Shown: positions 9,589 to 20,474, counted from the stretch's first letter. The stretch: DNA of 64,000 bases from an uncultured Ignavibacteria bacterium (GCA_964348415.1 CAYGCR010000004.1:21651-85650); one strand, 5' to 3'. The notes: a model not told the origin generated them from the sequence alone. Made by a program: numbers and translations.

Positions 9589-9884
9589 GATTTCCCCTTT
9601 ATAACGGGCGTTCCCTTTATGTGTAATTAAACCGCAAATTTACTATTTGTCAACCAAAAAAGTGGATAGACAGGGTAAGAGGACGCTGCCGGATTGCTGC
9701 ACGTGGATTCCTAGATCAAGCTCTCGAATATCTTCGCGCTCAGGAAGATCTGGATGTCTCATTGTAAGTAAAAGTCTTGGAGTAGTCCTGTAACTTCCGC
9801 GTGGATCGATTCTGAGCCCCGCTGCCGGGATGTCAAGGCGTTCTTTGCCCGCAGGATTACTCTAATGCTGAGAGGACGCTGATT

Positions 9885-11156
9885 TCAGAAGTAGATACGA
9901 AAGGAAGTGAAGTAGAAATCGGGATAGCCACCGAATTCCGAGCGCAGCCTTAAGAAAGGGCCATAACCATAGTTGACCAGATATTCCGCGCTCTGGCCCA
10001 ATCCCAGGTAAACGCCAGCTGACAGGTAGATGTCCTCAGCGATGTTGTACTCAACTTGCGGCATCAAGAAGGCTGAAGGGTCGGTGACATTGACCAGCGC
10101 CTCCCCATTAAGGATAATAAGCGGTGTGATATGATAAGAAATTCCCGGGGCCAGATAATGCTTCCCCAGAAGATAGACCGAACCTTCTGTGTAGGCTGTC
10201 TTCTCGAATTGGGAGAGATAGTTGTCGGGTTCGCTTGCCCCGGCCTGATTGAAATGATACTCGGCAAAAAGGTAGGTGCCGTCCCCTAGGCTGTAGTCTA
10301 AGCCAATGCTGCCGCGGAAATAATCCTGTTCACCGTTGTGCTCATCCGACTTCAGGGCATCAACGAAAACGTACGCCGCTTCCAGCCAGAATCCCGCTCC
10401 ACCGATGGAGCGGGTTAGGTCAAGCCCGGTCAAAAGATTTTCCCGGAAGCCAATCACCATTGACGAAATGTCGGTGCGGCGATAGTTAAGTCTGCTTCTT
10501 AAAAACATGGCACTGTTCTCGAACTCGAAATCCTCCCCGAACACGTAGCCCGCGTCCATCTCGCCCATGAAGCCCATGGGCACCCGTACTCTAATCGCAT
10601 CTACGCCGAGACGGTCCTCCACGTCCAGTTCGTTGAAGGCATAAGGCACCAGGACATCCGTAGGATTGATCACACGAGCCGAGCCCCAGGCGATAGCTTG
10701 CCTGCCGAGGTAGACGTCGGCCAGACTGCTGTTTATGGTAACATATGCGCGGTCTAGGTTCTGGAAGATGGCGAAGCTGCTTGCCGGTTCACTCCCGTTT
10801 GGATATAGGCGGGAATCAAGATCGGAAACACGATAGGTTTGTGGGTTAAAACCAAGGTTTAGGGCCTGCTCTTCAAAGAGTGAGTTGTCTTGTATCCGGG
10901 GAGAGAAGTCGTAGGCCAGAGTCAGTGACATCCATTCGCTGATCCTGCCAGACACTCTGAATCTCAGCCGGTTGTTGACTGCGCCGATGATCGGTTGACC
11001 GGTTATGCCCGGAAGGTTCCTCACATCTGGCCGGTCCAAAGCCACGAAGTAATTCTTGTAATAACCGCCGATTGAAACCCGATCCGAAGCCGCTGAACAG
11101 AGCGGCCAAAACAGCATTAAAGCCACCGCCAAAATGAGTATACTCAGCCACCTCAT
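9885..11156 (-). CDS. Hypothetical outer-membrane beta-barrel protein that is the distal gene of an ABC export operon.
   Basis: A signal peptide begins at MRWLSILILAV. The sequence has beta-barrel character and ends ..FTSFRIYF. The ORF extends upstream to 11210. Confidence 0.45.
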   Translation of the reverse strand: MRWLSILILAVALMLFWPLCSAASDRVSIGGYYKNYFVALDRPDVRNLPGITGQPIIGAVNNRLRFRVSGRISEWMSLTLAYDFSPRIQDNSLFEEQALNLGFNPQTYRVSDLDSRLYPNGSEPASSFAIFQNLDRAYVTINSSLADVYLGRQAIAWGSARVINPTDVLVPYAFNELDVEDRLGVDAIRVRVPMGFMGEMDAGYVFGEDFEFENSAMFLRSRLNYRRTDISSMVIGFRENLLTGLDLTRSIGGAGFWLEAAYVFVDALKSDEHNGEQDYFRGSIGLDYSLGDGTYLFAEYHFNQAGASEPDNYLSQFEKTAYTEGSVYLLGKHYLAPGISYHITPLIILNGEALVNVTDPSAFLMPQVEYNIAEDIYLSAGVYLGLGQSAEYLVNYGYGPFLRLRSEFGGYPDFYFTSFRIYF

Positions 11157-11206
11157 CTTCTTTGACCAACCTTTGTCGTCAGAGGACAGATCCAGACGAT
11201 CTTCTC

Positions 11207-11911
11207 TCAACTCCTGATCTCGTCGCTGTCGATTATACCATCCTTCAGAGTCACCAGCCGCCTGGCTCGTTCCATTATCTGTTTATCGTGGGTGGAGAAG
11301 AGGAAGGTGATTCCACTCTTCTGGTTGAGTTGGCGCATCATGTCCAGAAGCTCGGCACCGGTCTTCGAATCCAGATTGGCGGTCGGCTCATCGGCCAGAA
11401 TCAGGGAGGGGCGGGAGACCATTGCACGCGCGACCGCGACCCGCTGCTGCTGTCCTCCCGAGAGTTTAGTTGGCAGCCTATCGGCAAAACCCTCCAGACC
11501 CAGTTCGGTTAGGATCGCCTCCACTCGGCGGTGTCGTTCAAGCTTCGGCACGCCTTGCAGCAACATTATGTACTCTATGTTCTCCTGCACCGTGAGTACT
11601 GGGATCAGATTGTAGGCCTGGAAAATGAAACCGATGTGGTCCCGGCGAAAATCGGATAGTTCCTTACCGCTCATAGCCGAGATCTCTTTGCCTGCCAGCC
11701 ACACCTCGCCGTCGCTGGGCGCGTCCAGGCCGGAAATTATGTTAAGAAATGTGGTCTTGCCGGAACCGGAGGGACCCACGATAGCAGTAAATTCCCCTTG
11801 CGTGATCGTCAGATCGATTCCTCGTACGGCCTCCACCGGCACCTCATCGTCACGGTACACTTTCTTGACCGACTTGGTTACAATCAAGTCTTCGGCACGG
11901 ACTTGTGACAT
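11207..11911 (-). CDS. ABC transporter ATP-binding protein (LolD/MacB-type).
   Basis: It carries Walker A GPSGSGKTT, the signature LSGGQQQRVAVARA and Walker B ILADEPT. Confidence 0.85.
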   Translation of the reverse strand: MSQVRAEDLIVTKSVKKVYRDDEVPVEAVRGIDLTITQGEFTAIVGPSGSGKTTFLNIISGLDAPSDGEVWLAGKEISAMSGKELSDFRRDHIGFIFQAYNLIPVLTVQENIEYIMLLQGVPKLERHRRVEAILTELGLEGFADRLPTKLSGGQQQRVAVARAMVSRPSLILADEPTANLDSKTGAELLDMMRQLNQKSGITFLFSTHDKQIMERARRLVTLKDGIIDSDEIRS

Positions 11912-11923
11912 TTGAACATCCTC

Positions 11924-13150
11924 CTAAAAGCTCCGCCGCATGGCCTTGGCTGGCGACATCTTTGCTGCAAATACAGCAGGATAGAGCCCCATCAGCACGG
12001 TGAATAGGAAAACCGCGAACGGGTAGATGACGAACTGATCCGCCTGCAGCACCGGGTAAAGTAACTCCCGAAAGGTCACGCCCGAGAACTCTATGCCGGT
12101 ATAGTCGATTCCGATTTTAGCAGTTATGGAAGTTGCCAAGAACCCCAGGACCGTGCCCAGAAGGATGCTTAAACCTGCTAGAGCGCCGGCCTCGAATATG
12201 ATCAGTCGCGCCATGGCGGATGAACGTGTACCCACCGCCCTTAAGACTCCGAACTCAAACATACGTTCGTGCAGCGACATGAACAAGGTATTGATGATAC
12301 CCAGAGCCACCACGCCAAACAGTATCAAGCCGACGATCCAGGTCATGAAGTGCGATAGCTCGAAGGCTGCCTCGAGCTCGGGCAGAAGTACGGTCCAGCT
12401 CACAGCTTCGTTGCCCTCCCGCGAGTAGCGTTGCCAGAAGGGCAGGCTCTGGTCGCGGGCGTATTCGCCGCGAGAAAAACGCAGGGCGATCTGGTGGACC
12501 TCATCGTCCAGTGCCAGCATCTGCTGCGCCTGGGGGAGGCGCACGAAGACCATTGCCCGATCCATTTCCTTTATGTTGAAATGATAGATTCCCGAAACAC
12601 GAAACATCTCCTGTGACAGGTCGCCGGAGTGCGCCTGCGCCACCGTCAACACCACCCGGCTGCCTATATCGACCTCCAAGATTTCGGCCAGCTTGCTGCC
12701 GATGATGATGTCGTGCTTTTTGTCGCCAGCAAAGTAGCTGCCAAGAGTTATTGCTTCGTCTATCTGCGATAGATATCGCTCTGAAGCGGGATCTATTCCC
12801 ACCATGCTCACCGAACTGAGATTGGCCGGAGAGGTGACCATGGCAAAAGACATGACGCGACGTGTGAAATGGCTGACTCTCTCTTCTTTTTTGAGCCGAT
12901 CGACCACTTGCGTCTGATTCGCGATTGTGCTTTCAACGGCGAAAGACTCACGGAAGCCCTCAAGATGAATCTGGCCCTCCCCCAAAAACGATTCGGTGGC
13001 GGAAGCGACCATGTTTTCTTCCATGCCTATGATCAGGGCATCTGTGAAAATCAGAGCCGCCAGGCCGATACCGATTGCGGTTCCGGCGATGAAGGTCCGC
13101 CGCTTATTGCGGAAGAGGTTTCGAACTGCCAATTTCAAGTATAACCGCAT
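11924..13150 (-). CDS. ABC transporter permease, FtsX-like (LolC/E family).
   Basis: It has four transmembrane segments with a large periplasmic loop and a C-terminal FtsX-type helix bundle. Confidence 0.8.
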   Translation of the reverse strand: MRLYLKLAVRNLFRNKRRTFIAGTAIGIGLAALIFTDALIIGMEENMVASATESFLGEGQIHLEGFRESFAVESTIANQTQVVDRLKKEERVSHFTRRVMSFAMVTSPANLSSVSMVGIDPASERYLSQIDEAITLGSYFAGDKKHDIIIGSKLAEILEVDIGSRVVLTVAQAHSGDLSQEMFRVSGIYHFNIKEMDRAMVFVRLPQAQQMLALDDEVHQIALRFSRGEYARDQSLPFWQRYSREGNEAVSWTVLLPELEAAFELSHFMTWIVGLILFGVVALGIINTLFMSLHERMFEFGVLRAVGTRSSAMARLIIFEAGALAGLSILLGTVLGFLATSITAKIGIDYTGIEFSGVTFRELLYPVLQADQFVIYPFAVFLFTVLMGLYPAVFAAKMSPAKAMRRSF

Positions 13151-13163
13151 TATTCACCTCGCG

Positions 13164-14381
13164 TCAATGCGTGCGCAGCGCGCGCGCCGGAGCGATTCGG
13201 GCTGCTTTTATGGCCGGGAAGATACTTACCATCATGGCCGACAGAGCCACAGCCAGTGCCGGTATATAAAGACTGTGGGCATTCACCTCGGCGTAGTAAT
13301 GAGTGAACTCCACACCGCCATAAGTGAAGCTCTGGGGCATGGGAATGCCGTGCTCGGACAAGATATAGTTGGCTAAAAGGCTTAAGCCGAAGCCGATAAC
13401 GATGCCTACAGAGGCCATCAGCGCCGTCTCCCAAAGCACTAGCCGGAGAATCTGCTGCGGTCGGGTGCCGAGCGCTCGCAGAACTCCGTATTCCCGGGTC
13501 CGTTCCAGCACGGTCATAAGTACCGTATTGAGTACGCCGATTGCCACGATCAGGATCACGATGAAAAGCATTATCCAGGCCCCCTGCTTGTCCGCCTGCA
13601 TGGCCACGTAAAACGATCTGGCAAATTCCTGCCAGGGGGCGACGTCTAGCTGGCGGTCGTTTAGCGCCTCGCGAATCCGCTTGGTCAAGCCAGTTACCTG
13701 ATCAAGCCTGTAGGCAATCACGGCTATCTCATGGATCATACCTTCAAGCACCAGCAGTTCCTGGGCGTCCCGCAGGTGGAGATAGAAAGCACTTTGGTCC
13801 AGAGCGGCGTCGCCACTCTCGAGAATGCCCACGATGGCATAAAGATCATTGGCGATAGATCCGTCAGCGCCCTGGGAGACGACCACAATTTCATCACCGA
13901 TCGCAGCTCTCAGTGTCTTGGCCACACCCTTTCCCAAGATCACCTCGTGGGACGGCACTTGCGAGAAGCTTCTTCCCTCGATGATTTTCTTCTCAAATCT
14001 GGTGGCGACCGATTCGTGCTCTGGATCAATGCCGATGATCCGAACTCCCGCGCTTTTCTCGCCGACAGAAGCCAGCCCTGCCGAGTACAGTCGAGGCGCC
14101 CAGGCCTCGACACCCCGAATCTGTTCGATCTTTCGTACGATTTCCTGGTAGTTCGCAATATTTTTGTAAAGCGAGGGCTTATCGAGATATCCTTTGGCGT
14201 GCACCTGGATATGGCCAAGTCGATTGCGAGTAAACATGTCGATGATTCGGTTATAAGTCCCGTCGGCCCAACCGATGGAGATCGCCGACAGGGTGAAGCC
14301 GCCGAACATGGTCAGTACGGTCAATGTGGTTCTTCGCTTCTGCCTGAAGATGTTGCGCCAGGCTATTCTCAGGGTTAACAC
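13164..14381 (-). CDS. ABC transporter permease, FtsX-like (second copy).
   Basis: It is a paralogue of the upstream permease with the same topology. Confidence 0.8.
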   Translation of the reverse strand: MLTLRIAWRNIFRQKRRTTLTVLTMFGGFTLSAISIGWADGTYNRIIDMFTRNRLGHIQVHAKGYLDKPSLYKNIANYQEIVRKIEQIRGVEAWAPRLYSAGLASVGEKSAGVRIIGIDPEHESVATRFEKKIIEGRSFSQVPSHEVILGKGVAKTLRAAIGDEIVVVSQGADGSIANDLYAIVGILESGDAALDQSAFYLHLRDAQELLVLEGMIHEIAVIAYRLDQVTGLTKRIREALNDRQLDVAPWQEFARSFYVAMQADKQGAWIMLFIVILIVAIGVLNTVLMTVLERTREYGVLRALGTRPQQILRLVLWETALMASVGIVIGFGLSLLANYILSEHGIPMPQSFTYGGVEFTHYYAEVNAHSLYIPALAVALSAMMVSIFPAIKAARIAPARALRTH

Positions 14382-14393
14382 CGTCGCACTCCT

Positions 14394-15161
14394 TTAGTCC
14401 GTGGCCCGTAGGTTGCGGAGTGAGAAAGTCTCGTCACTCACTTTCTTGTCGAATTCCAGTTCGAGGTAACGGATGACGGTCATGTGCCCTTCCTTGGTCT
14501 GGGGAATCATCTCCATGGTGGCGGGGATGATGCGGTCGTCAAATTCCCTGACGTCGCCGTAGTCGAGAATCCGCATCAGCTTGCCCTCCTCGTCATAATA
14601 CTTCTGCCAGATTGGGATAAAGTCTTCTTTTCTTACCGCGATTACTATGTTACCCCAGACTACTGGCAAGTCCTCGCGCGGAATACAGTTAATGTAAACG
14701 GTGTCCTCACTGCCGCCTTCGGGCTGGATCTGCTCATAGCTGAAATCCTCGAACAGGGAAAACTCCTTGACCAGATCGTCATTGGTGAAATCGGATCCCA
14801 TCCAGGAGCTCATCATCATCGAGGGCGGAATTTTGATCACCTTGTTGGTCTTGGGCAGGTAGTTCCACATTTCATTCTCAATGCGCAGCGTGGCCACTCC
14901 TTTGTCCTTTTTGGGAGAGGTGATGCGGATGAAAGTCTTGTCCATCCCCATGGTCCACGCGTTCATGGAGAGAGTGCGTTGCCAATGCGGCGTCACTATC
15001 TCCATCTCCAGTTCGGAATAGCTGGACGAAGAACGGTACAGCTGATCCACCTGGCGGATGATCTCTTCCACGTCAACCGGTGTCGCCATTTCCGATGCTG
15101 CAGGCCGTATCGATAACACGACGATTAGCAGGAACCAGATTTCCAGTTTGATTCTCATCAT
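14394..15161 (-). CDS. LolA-like periplasmic lipoprotein-sorting or outer-membrane lipoprotein carrier-like protein.
   Basis: A signal peptide starts at MMRIKLEIWFLL. It belongs to the LolA-like/DUF4292-type family that commonly accompanies FtsX permease operons. The ORF extends to 15236. Confidence 0.5.
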   Translation of the reverse strand: MMRIKLEIWFLLIVVLSIRPAASEMATPVDVEEIIRQVDQLYRSSSSYSELEMEIVTPHWQRTLSMNAWTMGMDKTFIRITSPKKDKGVATLRIENEMWNYLPKTNKVIKIPPSMMMSSWMGSDFTNDDLVKEFSLFEDFSYEQIQPEGGSEDTVYINCIPREDLPVVWGNIVIAVRKEDFIPIWQKYYDEEGKLMRILDYGDVREFDDRIIPATMEMIPQTKEGHMTVIRYLELEFDKKVSDETFSLRNLRATD

Positions 15162-15252
15162 GTTTCTATCCTTTCGGGCGCTCCCCCTTGTGCTGCAGGC
15201 GAACTTTCTATCCTCAACTGTGATCACTCGCAGCACATAAGAAATAGGAATG

Positions 15253-15867
15253 CTACAGTCTCATTTCGAAAGAACCTTCCTTTATGCCAAGTACTCTAGC
15301 CACGCATTGTTCAACAGTAATACGAGCCTTTTCAATCTGTTCAGGGTCACTCATTACTTCGGGATCATGGAATAGCCCGCCAACGCCCAGAAGAAGAAAC
15401 CTGGCGGTCTGCGCCGGGTGCTCAACTGTGAATACTCGTTCGGATATTCCATCCTGAATAATCTTCGACAGGATAGGGACGATCCTGGCGGTGGTGATCC
15501 TTCCAAGTCTCTCATGAAGGATCAGATTGCTCTCTTGATGGATGAAGCGCACTAACCCGGTACTCAGGCTGCCAAAGCTTACCAGTGCTCTGTAAAACTC
15601 ATTTAGTCTCGCTACTGCATCGGTATCCTTCCTGTCGGCGATCAGCTGAATCTTCTCGACAAGCGAAAGGATGGACTTTTTTACTGCTTCCTCAAGGATC
15701 TCGGTCTTTGACTTAAAGTGGTAATAGAATGTCCCCTGCGCTACATTGATCTCGTTAACAATATCGCTCACCGGTGTCTGTTCATAACCTTTGGCGACGA
15801 AAAGCCTCTTAGCGGCCTCTATCAATTCCTCTCTTCGTTTCTCCGGATCTTTGGAAATCCGTGCCAT
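15253..15867 (-). CDS. TetR/AcrR family transcriptional regulator.
   Basis: The HTH motif is GYEQTPVSDIVNEINVAQGTFYYHFKSK. The start was chosen at MARISK. The ORF extends to 15912. Confidence 0.8.
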   Translation of the reverse strand: MARISKDPEKRREELIEAAKRLFVAKGYEQTPVSDIVNEINVAQGTFYYHFKSKTEILEEAVKKSILSLVEKIQLIADRKDTDAVARLNEFYRALVSFGSLSTGLVRFIHQESNLILHERLGRITTARIVPILSKIIQDGISERVFTVEHPAQTARFLLLGVGGLFHDPEVMSDPEQIEKARITVEQCVARVLGIKEGSFEMRL

Positions 15868-15890
15868 TTGCGAGTTCCCGTTGTTGATAA

Positions 15891-15909
15891 CTGACTGACG
15901 ATCAGTCAG
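15891..15909. promoter_or_regulatory. Candidate TetR operator: the perfect palindrome ctgactga-cga-tcagtcag just upstream of the TetR start.
   Basis: The inverted repeat is read from the sequence. The position fits autoregulation. Confidence 0.35.
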
Positions 15910-16411
15910 CATTCATTTCGAGTTACGTTCTTTGTTTACTATCTGTTTCAGAACAAGGGAAAAATACAATCGTTCCCTATTATTTGTGGATGATATTGCT
16001 CCGGATGACGGAGAACCTTATTGGTGAGCCGCCCACTTTCGACCTTATCACTGGTGACAGAGCAGTGGAAACGACGAGGACGAGCGCATTGGCTGGAGTG
16101 TTATATCGCGTCAGTTTTTCCTCAAACTGCGATACCTGTTTCAGCTGTACCGCGGGGCCAATCACGCGGCCTGAACTGACCTGCGCTGGATTGGTGACCG
16201 CTCCATGCAGAACTAACGTGACAACTGAGGATCTATATGCTCAAGATAAAATGATTGGACTGTTTCTGAGCATTCTGTCCGCTCTGCGTTCTTGCGCGTT
16301 CGGGATTAAAAGCTGAGTTTTGGCCGAAACTGAAGACAAAGAAGACTCTGATCGAGCCAGAAGCGGGGTGGCTGTGCATTTGCCCCGCAGACCTTTCGAA
16401 GAAAATCTTGA

Positions 16412-17164
16412 TCAAAACCTCCTGCCGATGCCAAAAACCAAATGCCTCGTCCTTATGTCCGTCTCCGCATGTCCGTTCTGAATCTTGGCATCCTTTACCT
16501 GGACATAGGTGTATTTGTATTCTATTGATAAAGCCAGACTGTGCGCTATTCCGACTTCAGTTGCGGCAGCTAACTGGTACGCGGGCCCGTGAATTTCATA
16601 CTGTTCTTTTTCCTCTCCCTCGATGGTACTTTCGGTATGCGGAATTAGGGGACCAATCCCCACTCGCCCGTAAAGCTCGACTTTGTTCCAAGAATCACCT
16701 TCGTCCCTGAGAAGTCCCAATCGACCCACCAGGTTGAAAAACAGAAAATTCAGGCCGTGACTCATGGAAAAACCCTGAACTATGTCTCCGAGCCTGATGG
16801 TTGAATCGACCAATTCTCCCCTTTTTGTTCCTGAAACATGAACTCCCTGTTCAGACTTGGAATACATCTTGGCGTGGATAAATTCGGCTTCCAAGCCAAA
16901 ACTAGGATAACGGTTAGGGAAGTAATTCACCCTTAAACCATAATACAAAGGAGTTTTCAATGATCTGTCATCATATTTAATATCGTGGAACACAAGATGA
17001 GTTTCCCTTGAAGGCTGTTCGATTCTTAAGTCGCTGTTAGAGCTGGAGGCTTTTCCCAGATAAGCTTCCAATCTCCATTCGGCGCTCGCAGGAACGGTTA
17101 GTATGACAAAGAGGTTCAGGGCTATCCAGATGATATTGGACAAGAATCGCATCCGAGACTCCAC
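16412..17164 (-). CDS. Outer-membrane beta-barrel protein (OmpW/PagL-like size class).
   Basis: It has a signal peptide and an amphipathic beta-strand pattern. The C-terminus is ..VFGIGRRF. Confidence 0.5.
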   Translation of the reverse strand: MESRMRFLSNIIWIALNLFVILTVPASAEWRLEAYLGKASSSNSDLRIEQPSRETHLVFHDIKYDDRSLKTPLYYGLRVNYFPNRYPSFGLEAEFIHAKMYSKSEQGVHVSGTKRGELVDSTIRLGDIVQGFSMSHGLNFLFFNLVGRLGLLRDEGDSWNKVELYGRVGIGPLIPHTESTIEGEEKEQYEIHGPAYQLAAATEVGIAHSLALSIEYKYTYVQVKDAKIQNGHAETDIRTRHLVFGIGRRF

Positions 17165-17432
17165 CCGTGATTATTCTAGTATTTTTTGTTTCCCAGTCAA
17201 GTAGTTTTGTTTCGATCTCAAAGGAACGCCTTCCAATCCACAGTATGTCCAGCTTCAACCTTGTTTTGCAAATAGACTGCCACAAAGCCTCTTACGTTGA
17301 CTTCTAGGCGATCCGGCGACCGTTAGCCTTTTGGGCGAAAAGCAATATCAAAGTTCTTGCACTTCGCTGCCCCAATCTCTATCTTGTGCTAAAAGGGCGT
17401 GGGTAAAACGTGGAAAGGAAAAGGGATTAATT

Positions 17433-18689
17433 ATGGCACATCTGGCAGGGAGAGACATTTATCGGAAGCTCGGCAAGAAGATTGACAATCTGACCATGAG
17501 GGCACCCTGGAATCAAACGTTTCATGCCATTTTGAAGGAGCTTTACTCTGAAGAGGAAGGAGAGGTTGTAGTCAAAATGCCTTTCGGCTTGTCTAATCTG
17601 GATCAAATTGAAAAGACCACCAGGTATGAGCGTGCTAAGTTGCAGAAAATCCTTGATAGTCTGTGTTCAAAGGGTCTGGTCATGGACCTCTGGTTACGCG
17701 GGGAGTATCACTATTCGCCTTCTCCCATGATCATCGGGATATTTGAGTTCACTATGATGCGGACACGGGGCGAGCTCAACATGAAAGAGTGGGCAAAGCT
17801 TTTCCACGAGTATTTCGACAGCGAAAACAACTTCTACTGGGCGAATTTCAGGCATGGTGAGAAAATCTCTCCTTTGCGGGCGCTGCCGCATGAGGGTACA
17901 GTGGATCCATCAGAATACGTTGAAGTCTTGGATTATGAGAAAGCGACGTCGATCGTGGAGGAAGCTGAGAAATTCTCCCTGGGCATATGCTCCTGCCGGC
18001 ACGAGAAGCTGCATGTTGGCGAGAAGAAGTGCGACGTGCCGCTTGAGACCTGTTCCTCCTTCGGAGCTGCCGCCGACTTCATGACCAGACACGGTTTTGC
18101 GAAAGAAGCTTCCAAATCCGAGATGCTGGAAAACCTTGAACGTTCGAAAGAGATGGGGCTGATATTTTGCGCAGACAACACGAAGCAGGGCGTCTCCTTC
18201 ATCTGTCACTGTTGTGGGTGCTGCTGCAACGCCCTTCTGGGTGTAAGCAAATTCGGATATCCCGGCATGGTGGTCACGTCCAACTTCATCGCACAAAGCG
18301 ACGAAGAGGTGTGCACTGAATGCGGGACGTGTGCCCAGTCCTGCCCCATCAATGCCATCGAGACGGCTCCCCAAGCCAGCCCCAGGATCGACGCGTCCAT
18401 GTGTTTGGGTTGCGCGGTGTGTGCGCTGAAGTGTCCGACCCAAGCCATGAAGCTGGTAAAGCGGAAGCAGCGAGTGCTCCATCCGGAGGACACCTTTGAA
18501 AGGGTTATTCTGCAATGCCTGGAGAGGGGAACCCTGCAGAATTTGATGTTCAACAACCCCCAGAGCCGGACCCACGCATTCGTGCGCGGGTTCGTGGGCG
18601 GATTTTTAAAACTGCCGCCGGTGAAGAAGGCCCTCATGAGCGATATGCTCCGTTCTTCATTTCTGGGGATGATGAAGAGGGGGGCCTGA
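17433..18689 (+). CDS. Fe-S protein with a 4Fe-4S dicluster ferredoxin domain plus a Cys-rich CHCCGCCC segment.
   Basis: Motifs CTECGTCAQSCP and CLGCAVCALKCP are present. The start at MAHLAGRD is preceded by a purine-rich RBS. The ORF is open from 17331. Confidence 0.5.
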   Translation: MAHLAGRDIYRKLGKKIDNLTMRAPWNQTFHAILKELYSEEEGEVVVKMPFGLSNLDQIEKTTRYERAKLQKILDSLCSKGLVMDLWLRGEYHYSPSPMIIGIFEFTMMRTRGELNMKEWAKLFHEYFDSENNFYWANFRHGEKISPLRALPHEGTVDPSEYVEVLDYEKATSIVEEAEKFSLGICSCRHEKLHVGEKKCDVPLETCSSFGAAADFMTRHGFAKEASKSEMLENLERSKEMGLIFCADNTKQGVSFICHCCGCCCNALLGVSKFGYPGMVVTSNFIAQSDEEVCTECGTCAQSCPINAIETAPQASPRIDASMCLGCAVCALKCPTQAMKLVKRKQRVLHPEDTFERVILQCLERGTLQNLMFNNPQSRTHAFVRGFVGGFLKLPPVKKALMSDMLRSSFLGMMKRGA

Positions 18690-18886
18690 AAACAGATGAG
18701 GGGATCGATTTCATAAAAATCAAATGGTGTTGTGAGGCTGGTTTAGCACTCGGAAGGTGAGCTCAGATGGCTTATCATTACACGTGGAAACCTAAGAGCG
18801 GTTTAGTTTTCTTATCACCTTTGGTGGTCGACAATCGTATAATGATTGGGAGCTTGTGAAATAATTCACTAACGGAATGGTGATCT

Positions 18887-20452
18887 GTGTTGAGGAAAAG
18901 CATTGGAGCTAAACTGATTCTGGTGGTGGGGTTCATCCTGATGTTGTCCATCGGGATCTATGCATACGTCAACATAGCATCTCAAAAAAGACAGCTGACC
19001 GGTGAGGTGATGCGGGGGGCTCTGAGAATCAGCGAGACGGTTAGAAGAAGCACCAGGTTGGACATGCTGAAGAACCTGAGGGAAGACCTGCACCAGATGA
19101 TCGAAACCATCGGACAGCAGGAAGGTCTGGAGAAGATCAGGGTCTTCAACAAGGACGGTCAGATAATGTTCTCCTCTGACAAAACCGACATTGGAGAGAT
19201 GGTGGACAAAAGGGCTGAAGCCTGCTACGCCTGCCACTCAGCCGAAAAGCCGTTGGAGAGACTGAACATCCCGGACCGCTCCAGAATCTTCACCTCCAAG
19301 GACGGCCACCGAGTGTTGGGGGTAATCTCCGCAATCTACAATGAACCAGACTGCTACACGCCCGAATGCCACGCCCATCCCCCGGGACAGAAGGTTCTGG
19401 GGGTATTGGATATTGGAATGTCGCTGGCGGACGTGGATAAAGACGTAAAAGGTGCCCAGAACAAGATGATCGTTTTCGCCGTAATTGCCTTTCTGATCAT
19501 TTCGGTGACCATAAGCATCTCCATCAATCGGTATGTCACTCGTCCGGTCAGGGAGTTAGTCAAAGCGACCAGAAAGATCGCCGAAGGGGACTTAGACTAT
19601 TCCATACCTGTCAAAACTGAAGGAGAGATCGCCCAGTTGGCTTCTTCCTTTAGCCAAATGACCTTGGATTTGAAAAAGGCGGACGAAAAGCTGGTCGAGT
19701 GGGGAAAAACGCTGGAACAGAAGGTGCGGGAGAGGACCGAGGAGTTGAGAAAGACCGAGAATCAGCTGATTCAGTCGGACAAGGTGGCTTCTCTGGGTAA
19801 GTTGGCTGCCGGGGTTGCCCACGAGATCAATAGTCCCCTGACCGGGATTCTTACCTATTCGTCGCTTTTGTTCAAAGCCAAGTCAGATGGAGACCCGGAC
19901 AAAGAGGATTTAGAGGTTATCGTAAATGAAACCAATCGGTGCAAGAAGATTGTCAAAGGCCTTCTGGACTATGCGCGGCAAACCGAACCCCAGAAGACCC
20001 TGTCGGACATCAATGAGGTGATCGGCAAATCCATAGACTTGATTTCGCATCAGGCCAGTCTGCAAAATGTGAAAATCGAGAAGAAAATGAAAGCGGACTT
20101 GCCCAAGATAATGGTGGATGTGAGCCAGATTCAACAGGTCTTCATCAATATCTTACTTAATGCCATTGAGGCCATGCCAGAGGGGGGAGCTTTGACTGTA
20201 TCCTCTGAGGCCGAAGGTAGAATGGTAGCTGTTCGGTTTGCGGATACCGGCATCGGAATTCCGGAGGAGCTCCTGCCGAAAATCCTGGATCCTTTCTTTA
20301 CAACCAAGACGCAGGGCAGGGGGACTGGTCTGGGGCTGTCTGTAAGCTACGGCATAGTCGAGAGGCACAGAGGCAAACTGGAAGTGAAAAGCCAGGTCGG
20401 AAAAGGCACCACCCTTACGGTAAAGCTGCCCATAAAGGAAGGGCTTTCCTGA
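18887..20452 (+). CDS. Sensor histidine kinase with a periplasmic domain carrying a c-type haem-binding motif, plus HAMP, HisKA and HATPase domains.
   Basis: It has a GTG start and two transmembrane segments. The periplasmic region contains CYACH (CXXCH) and [12 protein letters not shown] domain and an H-box ([14 protein letters not shown]) follow. N/G boxes are present. Confidence 0.8.
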   Translation: MLRKSIGAKLILVVGFILMLSIGIYAYVNIASQKRQLTGEVMRGALRISETVRRSTRLDMLKNLREDLHQMIETIGQQEGLEKIRVFNKDGQIMFSSDKTDIGEMVDKRAEACYACHSAEKPLERLNIPDRSRIFTSKDGHRVLGVISAIYNEPDCYTPECHAHPPGQKVLGVLDIGMSLADVDKDVKGAQNKMIVFAVIAFLIISVTISISINRYVTRPVRELVKATRKIAEGDLDYSIPVKTEGEIAQLASSFSQMTLDLKKADEKLVEWGKTLEQKVRERTEELRKTENQLIQSDKVASLGKLAAGVAHEINSPLTGILTYSSLLFKAKSDGDPDKEDLEVIVNETNRCKKIVKGLLDYARQTEPQKTLSDINEVIGKSIDLISHQASLQNVKIEKKMKADLPKIMVDVSQIQQVFINILLNAIEAMPEGGALTVSSEAEGRMVAVRFADTGIGIPEELLPKILDPFFTTKTQGRGTGLGLSVSYGIVERHRGKLEVKSQVGKGTTLTVKLPIKEGLS

Positions 20453-20474
20453 ATTGCAGAAGGGGTAAAAGCAA

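Noticed and set aside
17910-18637. Antisense ORFs (221 and 143 aa) inside the Fe-S protein gene.
   Set aside because: They lie opposite a CDS with clear Cys-cluster motifs, have biased Arg/Gly/Leu composition and have no start context.
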